Shown: positions 26,376 to 38,022 of the stretch, in pieces
Layout of the letters: each line of letters opens with the position of its first letter
How positions within the stretch are numbered: the stretch's first letter is position 1
Source of the DNA: Tubulanus polymorphus
Taxonomy: Eukaryota > Animalia > Nemertea
Direction: 5' to 3'
DNA: 64,000 nt
Assembly: GCF_964204645.1 (NCBI RefSeq)
Contig: NC_134032.1
Span: 14,062,275 to 14,126,274, forward strand
The notes under the pieces: model-generated
Database searches by the model: none
What the model saw: the letters and a program-made list of their open reading frames with translations, nothing else
What the model was told of the DNA's origin: nothing
Position numbers and translations under genes: made by a program

Positions 26376-28863
26376 TGGTCTCAGATGCGCTTATAACGAT
26401 AAAATCTGACACCGAAAATAAAAACAGAGTCCGAAACGTTTCGTTGCGCTTATATTCTATTCGACGTTTCGACTGTAAATTATTATTATCCTAATACGAT
26501 GATTTGGTCGTAGATTTATCATTCCTCAAGATAACACAGGATATCATACAGTCGAAACACTGAAGAAAGATTCTATTCGCTCAAGGAAACATTTCAGATA
26601 ATCTTTATATACTATCAGTGTAATTTCATGGAGGACTATTTACTTTAAGAGAATATTCGTGAAGATTAGGATATAGTCGAAATGTCGAATAAACTATATT
26701 TTTGGACTGGAATTTTATCGTCAATTTCGAATTGTATATTGAAGAGTTATTGTATCGATGTAATCTTTATGTGATCTCTGAACGAGGAAGGTATTGTCTG
26801 CATCTATTTATCATGATTTACGATTTCTTATTTTCCATGTGATAAGAACGCCGGGTATTACGTATTTTGTGGCTGCGTGTGACGAGGAGGTGTTTGCGGG
26901 TGGTCAATCCGTATAGGCAAAGGTAAGGAATGAGAAAATTGAAAATTGCATTCACCCAATCTGAGCAACTAACCCCAAATGGGTCCAGGTTCATTCCCTG
27001 GTGAAGCTACTGCACCGTTAGCGAACTAAATCCTACTTTATCGTAATTTTTAATAAAATCAATATATATATATATAGTACTAGTAATTTTACATGTAGTA
27101 AATTTTTACACTAGTAGTACTTGTAATTTTCAATGAAACGTCAGTGCGCCAGGGTTACTTAAACCATCGCTTTTTTAAAATTCTACAATTCTTTACTTAA
27201 AATCAGTCAACTTGATTTCTCACAAGTCAGACACGTATATAGACTACGCAGAAAGCATAACGCGATTTCTCTATGTTGTAGAACGACTATCATTTTCGTG
27301 TCAAATGTCAATCAAAAATCACGTTTTTTTATACGATTCATTCAGTGTTATTCTAAATGACACTGATATCCATATACAGTGTCTCCATTCTCCATTCTCG
27401 GCTGTCAACTTCGAGTCGAACTCTCTTTTCATTCGTATCCGTAATTGTAAAAAAAATCAAAATTGTAGTAGAATAGAATCCAAGTAATAATGCCAGCGGT
27501 AAAAATATGCTTAAGGTAAAAAAATGCCAGAATGAATGAATGAATGAATGAATCGCAGGTCGAAATATACCGTACATAAAAATGAAATGCCAAATTACGT
27601 ACGCGCAATCGCGGTCACCGTGATTATATGTTTTAAACCCCGTATAGAAATGTGAAATCATTAAAAGCAAAATTTATTGTGCAAAATTCAAAAACAGAGG
27701 AGATGACGTTTTCGAACTCACGCGCGAGATCCGCATCCCGTCAGGTGTCAGGAATAGGCTTAAACTGAATAGGGGTATAGTATTATCGGGACGAGTTGTT
27801 TTACTCAAGTTGATTGAGTAGATCTCACCGATCAGTAGATGACCGAATTATAACACGAACTTAGCGAAATTGACTTTTTTCAAAAAGCATTTCTGGAGGG
27901 CGATAGAGTCCATGCTTTTGCTATAGGGATGGGTTGCCTCAGGAGCGGTAAGGCAACCAAAAGCCCCGCCGGCAAGCGAGGATTACACCCAGGTCACACC
28001 TTCCTCGTGAAACTAAACAAACTGCTCAAGTTTTTTCCTGTCGTTGGAGTATTACTAGGTTACTGTAACTGTTCATTGATAACCCCCGGGATAATTACAA
28101 CTACTATATAATTACGCGCATGTGAGTGTCAATAAGATTGATAGTAGCCTAGATAATTACAGCCAGCTAATTGAGATGTAATAACCGATTAATTGATTAA
28201 TTAACCATAGGTGTAATCATGTACTGCATGTTTGTACAGATTCAGAGCTTTATTCCATTGTATTACGGTAGAGTCTGACGCGTGGGAGGCGTCGGAGAAT
28301 GCTCATAATAAACACCATCATCATAAGACTGAGCGTAGCCTGCTACCCACGCTAGTCTATTTGTATTTTAGCTGTTGTTTATTTTATAAACCGGCATTCA
28401 AATTGGCAGCCGGGAAGGATATGAACGCGCAGCCAAGAATTTGAAGAGGTAACGACGCGCCGGCAACTGTCGGCTTGGTAGCTCTACTTGTTTCGTATGC
28501 ATTCGGCTTTCAAATTTGGCGGTCGCAAGGAATCTAGGTACTTGTTCGCGGAAGCCAGCCAATCATAGCACGTTTTTCAACCGGCGAATTTCCTGCTAGA
28601 TGTTGGGAGCCAATCAGCGGCCGTTTGTAAACCACGATCTTATTTTCTAAACTATGATCTTATTTTGACCCTGGACGCGTAAGGAGTCATAGGATTTTTG
28701 GCAGAAAAACACCGTTAAAACTGGGGCTTATATCTAATCGGCTTGATCTATTTATTATTCGTTGTCAATTATCACTGATTTTTATATCGCTGTATTTTCA
28801 TATCGCGCGCTGTTCCGTAGCGAGTTGTGGTATAAATAGCATTTAGCGAGTTAGCCACCAACC

Positions 28864-28876
28864 GCCTCGTTGGCGC
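28864..28876 (+). tRNA. 5' fragment (nt 1-13) of a split elongator tRNA-Met gene
   Basis: GCCTCGTTGGCGC is exactly the part missing from the remnant at 37129-37196; GCCTCGT pairs with its ACGGGGC acceptor strand. TATAAATA lies 33 bp upstream (28831) and CAA just before +1. Confidence 0.8.
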
Positions 28877-31800
28877 TAGCGGGCGCGCGTGAGGCGGTGT
28901 TTTATTTCAGGAAATGAATTGTGGAAACAGCCAATCAAATCCACGGATATCCACAATTCATTTCCTGAAATTTCCTGAAATTGACCAATCGCTGTGCTTG
29001 TTAGCGATGACGTAATTTCGGGATATACCGTTGACGAGCGCCATATTTGATTTTCCGATCGTAAACACACAGCGCAGTTACAGTCACAGAAAGCAGACTA
29101 ATTCGTTCTAGATCATCTGATTAGATTACCCGATTATCACGTAAGTGTATGAATTCAGTACTTCCAACATCCGAGGTTTCATACCCGATTAAATCTTTTA
29201 TCGCAAATGCTTGCTTATGCCAATTTTTTGGTGAAAAACTTCTTACTTTTCACTCGCAAATTCAATCAACTTCAATTTATTACAATTATTTTGGGTTAAG
29301 CCTATCATTCATCATCAAAATGTGAATCGTGAACACTAGAAGAGCGAGAGAGTAGAAGTTTTCACTAGAAGGCATTACGGATTGTTTCATTTTTCCATTC
29401 CGTGATATTTTGTCAATTCTGTTACTGTTAGGCCCTATAAGTCCTTTTTTTATTTAGGCCTACTCCCGTGCGTGGAATAGGTCGATTATCAGCCCAAAAA
29501 TGAAACAGGTCCTTCCTAGCGAATCATTCAGTATTTCCAGCGTCGTAACTGCGTATTAGCCTATGGGTCCGTAAATTCCTTGATGCGCTATGAATCAAGA
29601 AATCTAGAATCCAGGCCAGGGGTAAAATCTAAAATTCTGACTCAGCATTCCCCTTAAAATTCCTATCATCCCCCCTTGAATTATATAAATTAAAAATCAT
29701 CAATTGTCTAAATCTTTTTTCAACTCAATTTGTGAATGCGACCCTCCCTGTACTTATGCATATAGGCCATTGACCAGAAATCTCTCCCTACAACTTGCAA
29801 TTAACTTGAAACAATAGTCACAATGATACCACAGCCACTGGCTGTCTCTATTATTGTTTTGTGTATTCTGTGAAAGGTCAATATAAGTGGGAGCTTATTA
29901 TATCCCTTTATTATGACAGGCATTGTGCTCACAAAGACTTGGTTATCAAAACATAGGCCAATGTGGTTATCAATTCAAATGTTTTGATTTCCAATGACAA
30001 TAAAGCCCTAGCTTGCTAATTTCTCAATTACCTAGTTGATGTAATTACTTTCATATGTAAGATGAAAATTGAAATTATGTTAAACTGGACCCTTAAAATT
30101 TGTTCGATGTTTAATTGATGTTTCTCTTTTTGTTCTAGCATGGAACCAATTTTCCGTCGCCTAAAAAATCGTACGATCGACACGTTTGACACCGATGCCG
30201 CCAAGAACCATAAAAGCACTAGTGGTTGGGCAACTCAGGACCCTGCGGAGAAAGTTTTGGCGGATGCGATGCGCCGGGTTGCCCAGGCCAGAGGAGATCA
30301 GTCAAACCCGAAACATTTGTTAGGCCAGTATACACTTCAGTTTGGTAAGTTTAGGGGTAAGAAATTTCAGTGGATACTCTCTAATGCTCTTGGCTTTGCA
30401 GTAAACCTCTACGTGATGGATGAATGTGAGAAGCAAAAACCACATCCCAAGATAGACCACAAGAACCATGCCGACAACAAGAAAGCCCTCTTCAAATACA
30501 TGAGGCTGTTTCCCGAAGCCAAGGACGCGATTGAGAGGAGGAGAGCTGTCCATCAAGAGCGTGTGAAACCTACGATTTCAAGTAAGTCAAGTTTTCAATA
30601 TACAGTCGGATCGTTTGATATCAGAGTTGTTTTGTGCTTGTTCTATTTATGAAAAATTTTTTATTTTCACAGAAGCTCGTCAGACTCAACCAGCCGGGAG
30701 CCAACCAACTGTGACAACTAGGAGGAGTCGCCCATCTGCTACAACCAGGAGCCAACCAACTGCGACAACTAGGAGTCAACCCAGCTCATCGACTACAACT
30801 GAGAACGTCTCGATGCCGTCTGATGATGATGATGATCTACTGACAAGTGTCATCACTCTTGAAGCGCAGTTATCTGGTAATATAACTTAATTCTAATGAT
30901 ATTTTTATTGTAGATTCAATTGATACATCATGAGATATACATCCTACAAATTTTTGCAGTGTTTTGGACGGATTGTAAAGATTCCATCCAAGTTAACCGC
31001 AGTCCTCCCTTTCGGCCATCCACTCCTAGTAATTGCAGCCATATTGTAACATTTAATCATTTATTTCTCAAAATTTACAGTTTATATCTGGATAAGTTGG
31101 TAAGATTTATGTTGTGTAGGGTTCCTAGAATATGCTTTTATAAATGTGTAGCTATTGTAAAATGGTATTTTCTTCCTATCTATTTTAATGTACCTGTTTC
31201 TTTACAAAAACTGGGTAATCATGCTTTATATGTATGCAGTACTGTCTCATTATTACATAATCCATCTTTATGATATTGGTATATAGTTGCTATAATGGAC
31301 ATTATGAATATGATAACACACACACTCTCTCTGTCTCTCTCTGTCACTAGCAAAATGCAACACTTCTATCCTCTCCTGCTTAATAACTTATTTTTTAAGG
31401 TGATTTCCCTTTTGTAATCTCATTTTTCCAGTGAGTCACTCTTATTCCTCATTTATAGGTATTTAGATGGTAACATTACAGTGATGCGGTTTTCTTTTGT
31501 TCCTTTTGTCTATCATTCTGTTTTTGTTTAATATTTCAGTGAAATTGTACCGGACTTTATGATGATTTAGAATTCTTATGCTATAAACCTCAATCATGAA
31601 TGAGATAGTAAATTCATATTCTATTTTTCTCTATCTAGCCTCTCGGACAACACGGACTACAGCGACTACGACTACACCGACCACGACTACTACTACTACT
31701 ACTACTACACCGACTACGACAACCGCGATCGATAACGACCACCGCTTGCTTTTACCAGAATGGCGTAAAGTTCTGTCCGAATATGAACAGAAGTGGATCA

Positions 31801-34800
31801 CCAAAACCCTCTTCATGAAAACCAAGAGTGGGAGGCTGGAGATGGATTTTAGCCGCGTCAATCAGCTTTGGTGGAATCCTCCACAGCCATTGGTAGTTGC
31901 AGGCCAGGTACCCAACGTCGAGCAGTACTTTGCCCACCGCCTGTTCTTGTGGATGCCTCGACGACTGTGGCAAGTCCAACTTAGATGTCCAGTCGCAACG
32001 TGCCAAGGGAGAGAGTTGACATCAGCAGGATTATACAAGCGGTTGCGGCAGGTACTCGATATCGATTCGCACTACTTCATCGCAACAGAAAGTTTGGAAT
32101 GTCAGAAGTAAGATTGTGTCCATGTTAAAGTGTGACCTGCTGATTACAGGTTGTGATTTTATGAATGATTTTTTTTTTTTGTCTCGTATTTATAGATGCA
32201 AGGCGAAATATGTTGGAACGACTGCTGAGATCATCTCGCAACTAGCCGTCGGTTACCAGCTCCAGTTCCCGTGTATACTGACACAGAAGTACGCGTGCGA
32301 TTATAAGGTTGTGCGACTGCTTCGTCAGAGAGGTCTGGGTAACAGCACTACTCAGATCCAGAAGAAGCTGCGGGAGCAACATGGCGAAGCTTACCTCGAG
32401 CGTGTCTCACAGTACCTCACTGAGTGTGAAGGCTTGTCCAAGGCTATCCGTTCTGGTCTCGTAAAACCGCACGAATTCGCTGACCCACCACAGCCTTTGA
32501 GCATCCCGCAGTTTCGGTGGCTCATGCTTGTGTACGTCAGTGATGTGTTGTCGAGACTGGACGAGGTCAGGGCAGCCATTACGTCTCAGTTTGGTCGAAT
32601 TCTCAAAATTGACTCAACTAAGAAAATAGTCAAGAAGTTGACTGGTCATGCCAAGGGGACCGCGATGTGGTGCACCAATGTAGGGAACGAGCATGGTCAG
32701 GTCCTTATGTCTGTCCTTACTACTGGCGAAGGCTATGGTCTCAGTCAAATGATTGATGGCCTAATCAAAAGGTATGATACTGCTGGTGTGCCTGCCCCTG
32801 AGGTGATATACACTGATCGGGATTGTTGTGGCCACAGCGTACTGAAAACAAACCTAGCCCCTTGGACAGATATCATCATCAGATTGGACGTTTGGCATTT
32901 CATGCGGCGGTTCTCTACAGGGTGTACTACAGATTCACATCGGCTGTATGCGAGTTTTATGAGAGGCCTTAGCCGGTGTATCTTTGAGTGGGACCCTGAG
33001 GATCTTGACCGTCTAAAGAGAGCGAAGCGTGAGGAGCTAGCCCTGAAAGCTATCACTGGTCTTAGTGACCGCCAGTTAGTTGAGCGAATTTCTTCGGCCG
33101 AGTTGGCACGGCACTGTAAACGTACCACACGTGGAACAGATGCTACTGTCCGCCTACTGGGTCAGCTCGTCGCTTCCTTCTCGGGTGACAAAGGGAAAGA
33201 CTCCTTGGGTGTTCCGCTCATAAACACTGAGCGCATGGCGGAGATTTATAAGTCTCAAGCTAAGCATGTTGCCTGCCTGCAGGATCCACCTGGCGTTCAG
33301 TTGTACACACAAACCGGAACGATCAAGAAAGGACAGACGACACTGCCTATCTACAGATGTGCCCGTGGTTCGACGTCATTGGAATCATTCCACCTTCATC
33401 TAAACAGATTCATTCCAGGTAAGATTAAAAATCACTTTCACCATATGAAATCTTCTCTTGTAGCTTTCTCTAACTAATAAGCTAATTTCATGATTTCATA
33501 TTTATAGGTACTGTGGCTGGCGATGTCAGTTTCCAGATGTACCTGGTTGATGGTTTAGCGCGTTGGAATGAGGATCGAGCTATTGCAGCTGTAACTCAAG
33601 ACAAACAGATTTCCTGCTACAGTGGAAAGCTACGCCATCATATCAATGAGCTAAGTCAAACTGTCCTTGGAAAGAAGCTTTTACCAGCATTCCAAGGGCC
33701 ATTGCGTTACACCGGTGAACCTATAGGTATTGATTATCTTTACAGCCAAACAGGAGAGGCACCAGTGTCTAACACTAGGTTGCGTCTAGCCGAGGAGGAA
33801 CGCTTGCTGGACTCTGCTTCTGACCAGGAATTTAGTGACAGCCCTGTTGATGAGCCGCTGCCTCTGTATGATGTGGAAGACTTGACATTAGCTGTGCCTA
33901 CTGATGAGGATAACGACTTCTGTAAGTCACAATGTTTTTAGAAAATTGTTTGAATAATAATTCTATTTCAGTTCTGTTAAGTTCATTCCTGTAATTGATT
34001 CCTCTGATTACTGTTGACTTTGTGATATGCCCTCAGCTGAATCCATTACATTTTGACTAAGGGATAATGGTTTTGTGTATTATTTTTCATTGTAGTTTCT
34101 CCGACTGTGACACCAACTGCACCAGTTCTTCCCGTTGACACCATGTCCGTTGATACTCCGTTGCCGATGGAAACTGAGGAGGTCACTGAGCTTGAACCCG
34201 ATGATGCTGTGCCAGAATTTCGCTTACCGACCCTTGATACTCCAGAGCTGCAGCCCTTTGAACTGTCGAATGTTCCATCTATTGAATCTCCCCTGGGGGA
34301 TTCGGATGAGCATGTAAGTTTTCTATAAAAAAAGGTTTTCGTTCGAGTTGTGTTGATGTTGTTAAAGAATTTAATTTCAAATATCTATTTTATTCAGGAT
34401 TCTTTGGGACCAGACGGTATTGCTGGATTTGGAAAGGTTGATGCTTTGGCTGAGAAACTGGTAAACTTGGATGAGAATTCACTGGCTCTTACAAACAACG
34501 AAGCTCGTGAAATCATTGATTTGTGGCAGAACTTGGACGACTACGACAAGAGGTCCATCATCAAACCACGCCATCAACCAACTCTCAGTCAAGGTAGATT
34601 TCGAGCAACAAAGAAACGTTCTGGCTTGGCTCCTGGAGTTGAAAGTTCACGGAGGTAAGCCTAATCTACTGTATTTTTCATTTCAAAATAAATGTACTAA
34701 TAAGTCGAAATTGCCAATTGAATATTAAATGGCAATATAATCTTTGAGTTCAATTTGACCCTACAATAGAGGTTACATGGGTTAACCTAAATAAACTTTA

Positions 34801-37128
34801 TGTTAATCAAGTATTTATGATAATTTTTAGAGCTTTTCTGGGACCAAATTCGGCACCTGCTCAGTGGCCGACTTGTAATCGCTACGTCGAGACAACCATG
34901 GTGAAGCTCTGTGCGAAGTATCCAGCATCAAAAACGGTTGCAGGAGTGCGAGTTACGCGATGGATCCTTATCTCCCGCGCCTACAAGCACATAAGAGACG
35001 TCGTCGTCGGAAATCCTGTGGTTATGCATCACTCGAACATTCAGCTTCCAGAGTTGAATATGACGACTATAACCCAATGGTAAGTTAACCTTTTATGCCC
35101 CACCTCTTAACCATCTAAATTATTATTAATCATATTGAGATTATGTTCATAAAATGGTCTATTTCTTTTTTCATTTTAGGTGGAATCGACGTTCTAAGAA
35201 GCAAGAGGAAATGGTTCTCAGGCAGGGAATTCAAATCCCGAATCCTCCTTTGGCAAGCCAGCAACCATTGCTTATTGCTTGTCAAAAGCCTTCTGTGCTG
35301 CCGAGAGGATCCTCTGATGATCGCCATACCTTTGTACTTCCTACGAACACTGCTGGAATGGCGAAAATAAAGCGGCGAAGAACAACTCCTTCCGCAACTG
35401 CGACTCTCGCATCAGTAGCTGCGGCAGCAACTAGTACGCGGCCTGCACCGCAGATTCCTCAGAATGTTATTGATTTGTCAGGCGCTCATCAGTCCCTCAA
35501 TACAGATACTACCGCAGATACTACTCGATTGATGGGTTGCTCACAAATCATGACAGGACCTGTTGCGTCTAAGGAGCAGAAAGCTGAAAGTTTGCAGCCA
35601 GCCACTACCCAGCTGATAATTGTTGCACCGCCAAAAGACCAGGCCGTTCTGCCTAAGGTCATCCATTCTGAATCCATGGGAAATATACAGGTTGTTCCTT
35701 ACACAACCCATATGCACAGATTACAAAGGCAGCAGCAATTAGAAGCTGGGGTGAGTCGCAGAAAGTACACTCCACGGACAAAGGTTACTTGTCCTAAGTG
35801 TAAAAAGGAGAGATCGAAGCCCTCGCATCAGCAGTTTTTCGGAAATTGGTACTGTAGTGAAACGTCAACGGTGACTCTGGAAGAGTGGAGACAGCAAATG
35901 CAGGCCAGGGGATACAAGAAGAAGAAGTGAAGCTCGATTAGTGACAGGATTCCAGGACTAGAGATCTATCAACTGTGCGTATCGCGTAGATATGGGTATG
36001 TGTGCCTGGTAAAATCTTTCAGAAATTACTCGATTTTGACATTTTCATGCAGCTATCAACCTGCTGTCTGTACAACCCCTCAGTTTGATGTCCGACAGAC
36101 ATTCGATCACCTCACCATTTGGGAAAAATCGTGGTTTGTCCAGACTTCGCTATTCAAAAAGGTGATCGTCTGAAGGGCTAGGCACAGACAACAGATTGAC
36201 AGCTGCACAAATCTAACTTTGTGACATTTTATGTGAAAATTTGTGAAAAATCTAAGGACCATGTGAAAGAAATATAAAATTGTATCCAGAATTCTCCTTA
36301 GATTGTAACAAGTTTTTGAAAAACCCTTGATGAATTTCAGGCTTGCTTCATCACACTGGACTGATTGTTTATAATTTATTCAGTTTGATGGTTTTGTTTA
36401 TAATTTATTTAGTTTGATGGTTTATTATTTTATAATTGTTTATTAATAATTGGCAGTTTTAATTTTGAGTTTTATTTTTTAAATTTGTATCTTTTATTTG
36501 TTTTATACTAGAATAGGGATTCCAGAAATATTTGGTTGATTTAATGGTAGTTCAACTTTAGAAAATTCACTATAAAATTTGAAATTTGTAGTTTGATTCA
36601 GTGGTAGTTTGACTTAAGAAATTTCACTCTAACATTTAGAATTTGTAGTTTAGTAGTAGAACTTATTTTAAACTAGAAGTCCCTCAAAATTGTAATTTTT
36701 CAATTCAGTGTATATGTCCAAAATTGTAATTTTTCGATTGAGTGTGTATGTGCATTGTGCTTAGAAGCCTGCCTGTTATGCAAATGACAAACTATAAAAT
36801 TTTTAATGCTGCCTACTATGTCAAAAACATGGTAGAAGGTTCCAAGCCCTTAAAAAGCAGAGGAGAGATTTTATAGAAAAAGGTATCATTTATTTAGTTG
36901 TCAGGTCATTTTTCACTGATAAAATGAGCTGAGAATATGAAGATTGGCAGGATGGAAATAAACTAATTAAAACTCATTAATCTACTCCCAGATTCGAACC
37001 ACTGACCCCTCAATAGTACGGGATTCCCTACGCCGAGTGAATGGAAGTTTCAAGTACTGTAGTGGTTTGCATCTAGCAGTACCCCTCCGGCATTCAGGAA
37101 ACGCAACCGAGCCGAGTGAGTAGAAGTT
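28877..37128 (+). mobile_element. Dada-like target-specific DNA transposon (~8.25 kb) inserted in a tRNA-Met gene
   Basis: Flanked by the two parts of one tRNA-Met. Imperfect 7-bp duplication TTGGCGC (28870-28876) / TTAGCGC (37129-37135). No long TIRs. Contains an intact DDE transposase. Junctions are uncertain by up to ~15 bp. Confidence 0.82.
30140..35930 (+). CDS. DDE transposase, Dada-type (DUF6729-like), ~1408 aa, 9 coding exons
   Basis: Exons 30140-30581, 30673-30876, 31639-32107, 32196-33418, 33508-33921, 34096-34313, 34398-34654, 34831-35079, 35180-35930 total 4227 nt, all GT-AG and phase-compatible. Motifs: ILKIDSTKK (D), YTDRDCC (D), LDVWH (DxxH), GSTSLESFH (E). Cys cluster before the core; C-terminal CxxC-H-C. 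Probable non-coding exon ending at 29140. Confidence 0.85.
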
Positions 37129-37196
37129 TTAGCGCAGTTGGTTAGCGCGTCAGTCTCATAATCTGAAGGTCGTGAGTTCGAGTCTCACACGGGGCA
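37129..37196 (+). tRNA. 3' portion (nt 7 onward) of elongator tRNA-Met(CAT), disrupted
   Basis: TTAGCGCAGTTGGTTAGCGCGTCAGTCTCATAATCTGAAGGTCGTGAGTTCGAGTCTCACACGGGGCA. Anticodon CAT at 37157-37159, with the T31:T39 pair typical of eukaryotic elongator Met. T-run terminator at 37217-37233. The 5' acceptor strand is missing. Confidence 0.92.
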
Positions 37197-37679
37197 AATA
37201 GCCCTCGGCGGTGTTCTTTTCTTTTTTTTTTTTCGGAATGATAAAAAATATTTATTTCTTACTTACCCACCAAACTCCGTTTAATTTCAGCGTGGTTTAC
37301 AAATAAACAAGTCTGTAAGAACAACTTGAAGCAGTCAATTGAAGTATTACCTCAAATGTTTCCATCATCTCAGTAACTACGTACCTGACTACATGATATT
37401 ATACTAAAAGGTAATTTATTGCATGCATAAGATTGGTGCTACTATGGCAAAGGCGGGATGACCATGAAATTGAGTGTTAAATGAGACAGAACTTAGTAAA
37501 ATCGAAGGAGTATATAACATGTAAAATAAGATTAGATCACAAATGTAACTTGGTGCCAAACCATTCGATACTTTAAACATCGTGGCATAGATTTGGAAGA
37601 AAAATAGTCCCTGGGAATATTTTGAAATTCGTCAGTTATATCCATGGTTTCTCATTGTTACTATGGTGGTTGTCACCCA

Positions 37680-37788
37680 GGACCCAGTTCCACAGTCGTG
37701 AGTTAGTGTTAACTCTGAGTTAAAGTTAGTTCATTTTCAATGTTTTAACCCAGAGTCAAATCTTAACTCAGAACTGTGGAACTGGGCC
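37680..37788. mobile_element. Hairpin MITE
   Basis: GGACCCAGTTCCACAGT...ACTGTGGAACTGGGCCC; related pieces at ~49855-49990 and ~60805-61065. Confidence 0.7.
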
Positions 37789-38022
37789 CAGATTGAGGAT
37801 TTACCAGTCTATAAAACCGGGCCCAGGAGCAGAACTTTGAAACCAATGCATTTACAGAATGATGGAAGCTGGTGTAGCTCCGTCAGAAGGAGTAATTTTA
37901 TTTACAAGTCTGTTTCATGTTTTAAATGATATTTTCATTCTGAATTAATTTCATTTCTCTTCAGATTACAAGGGATCATTAATTGAAAGGAAGAAACGAC
38001 AAAAACGTGAAATCCAGGGCTA

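Noticed and set aside
26440-26695. Penelope-type hammerhead-like remnants (TGAAGA...GTCGAAA(C/T)GTCGAA) in inverted arrangement
   Set aside because: The catalytic core and stems are incomplete; at most degenerate relics.
36975-37045. Second tRNA gene on the minus strand inside the element
   Set aside because: Only a B-box and a weak A-box; the stems do not pair into a cloverleaf.
37123-37196. Intact functional tRNA-Met gene
   Set aside because: The 5' acceptor strand is absent locally (GAAGTTT versus ACGGGGC).
28624-37303. 13-bp inverted repeat TTTGTAAACCACG (28624-28636) / CGTGGTTTACAAA (37291-37303) as TIRs of a larger element enclosing the tRNA pieces
   Set aside because: It does not extend in either direction and has no flanking TSD; the split tRNA explains the boundaries better. 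Re-test when other copies are aligned.
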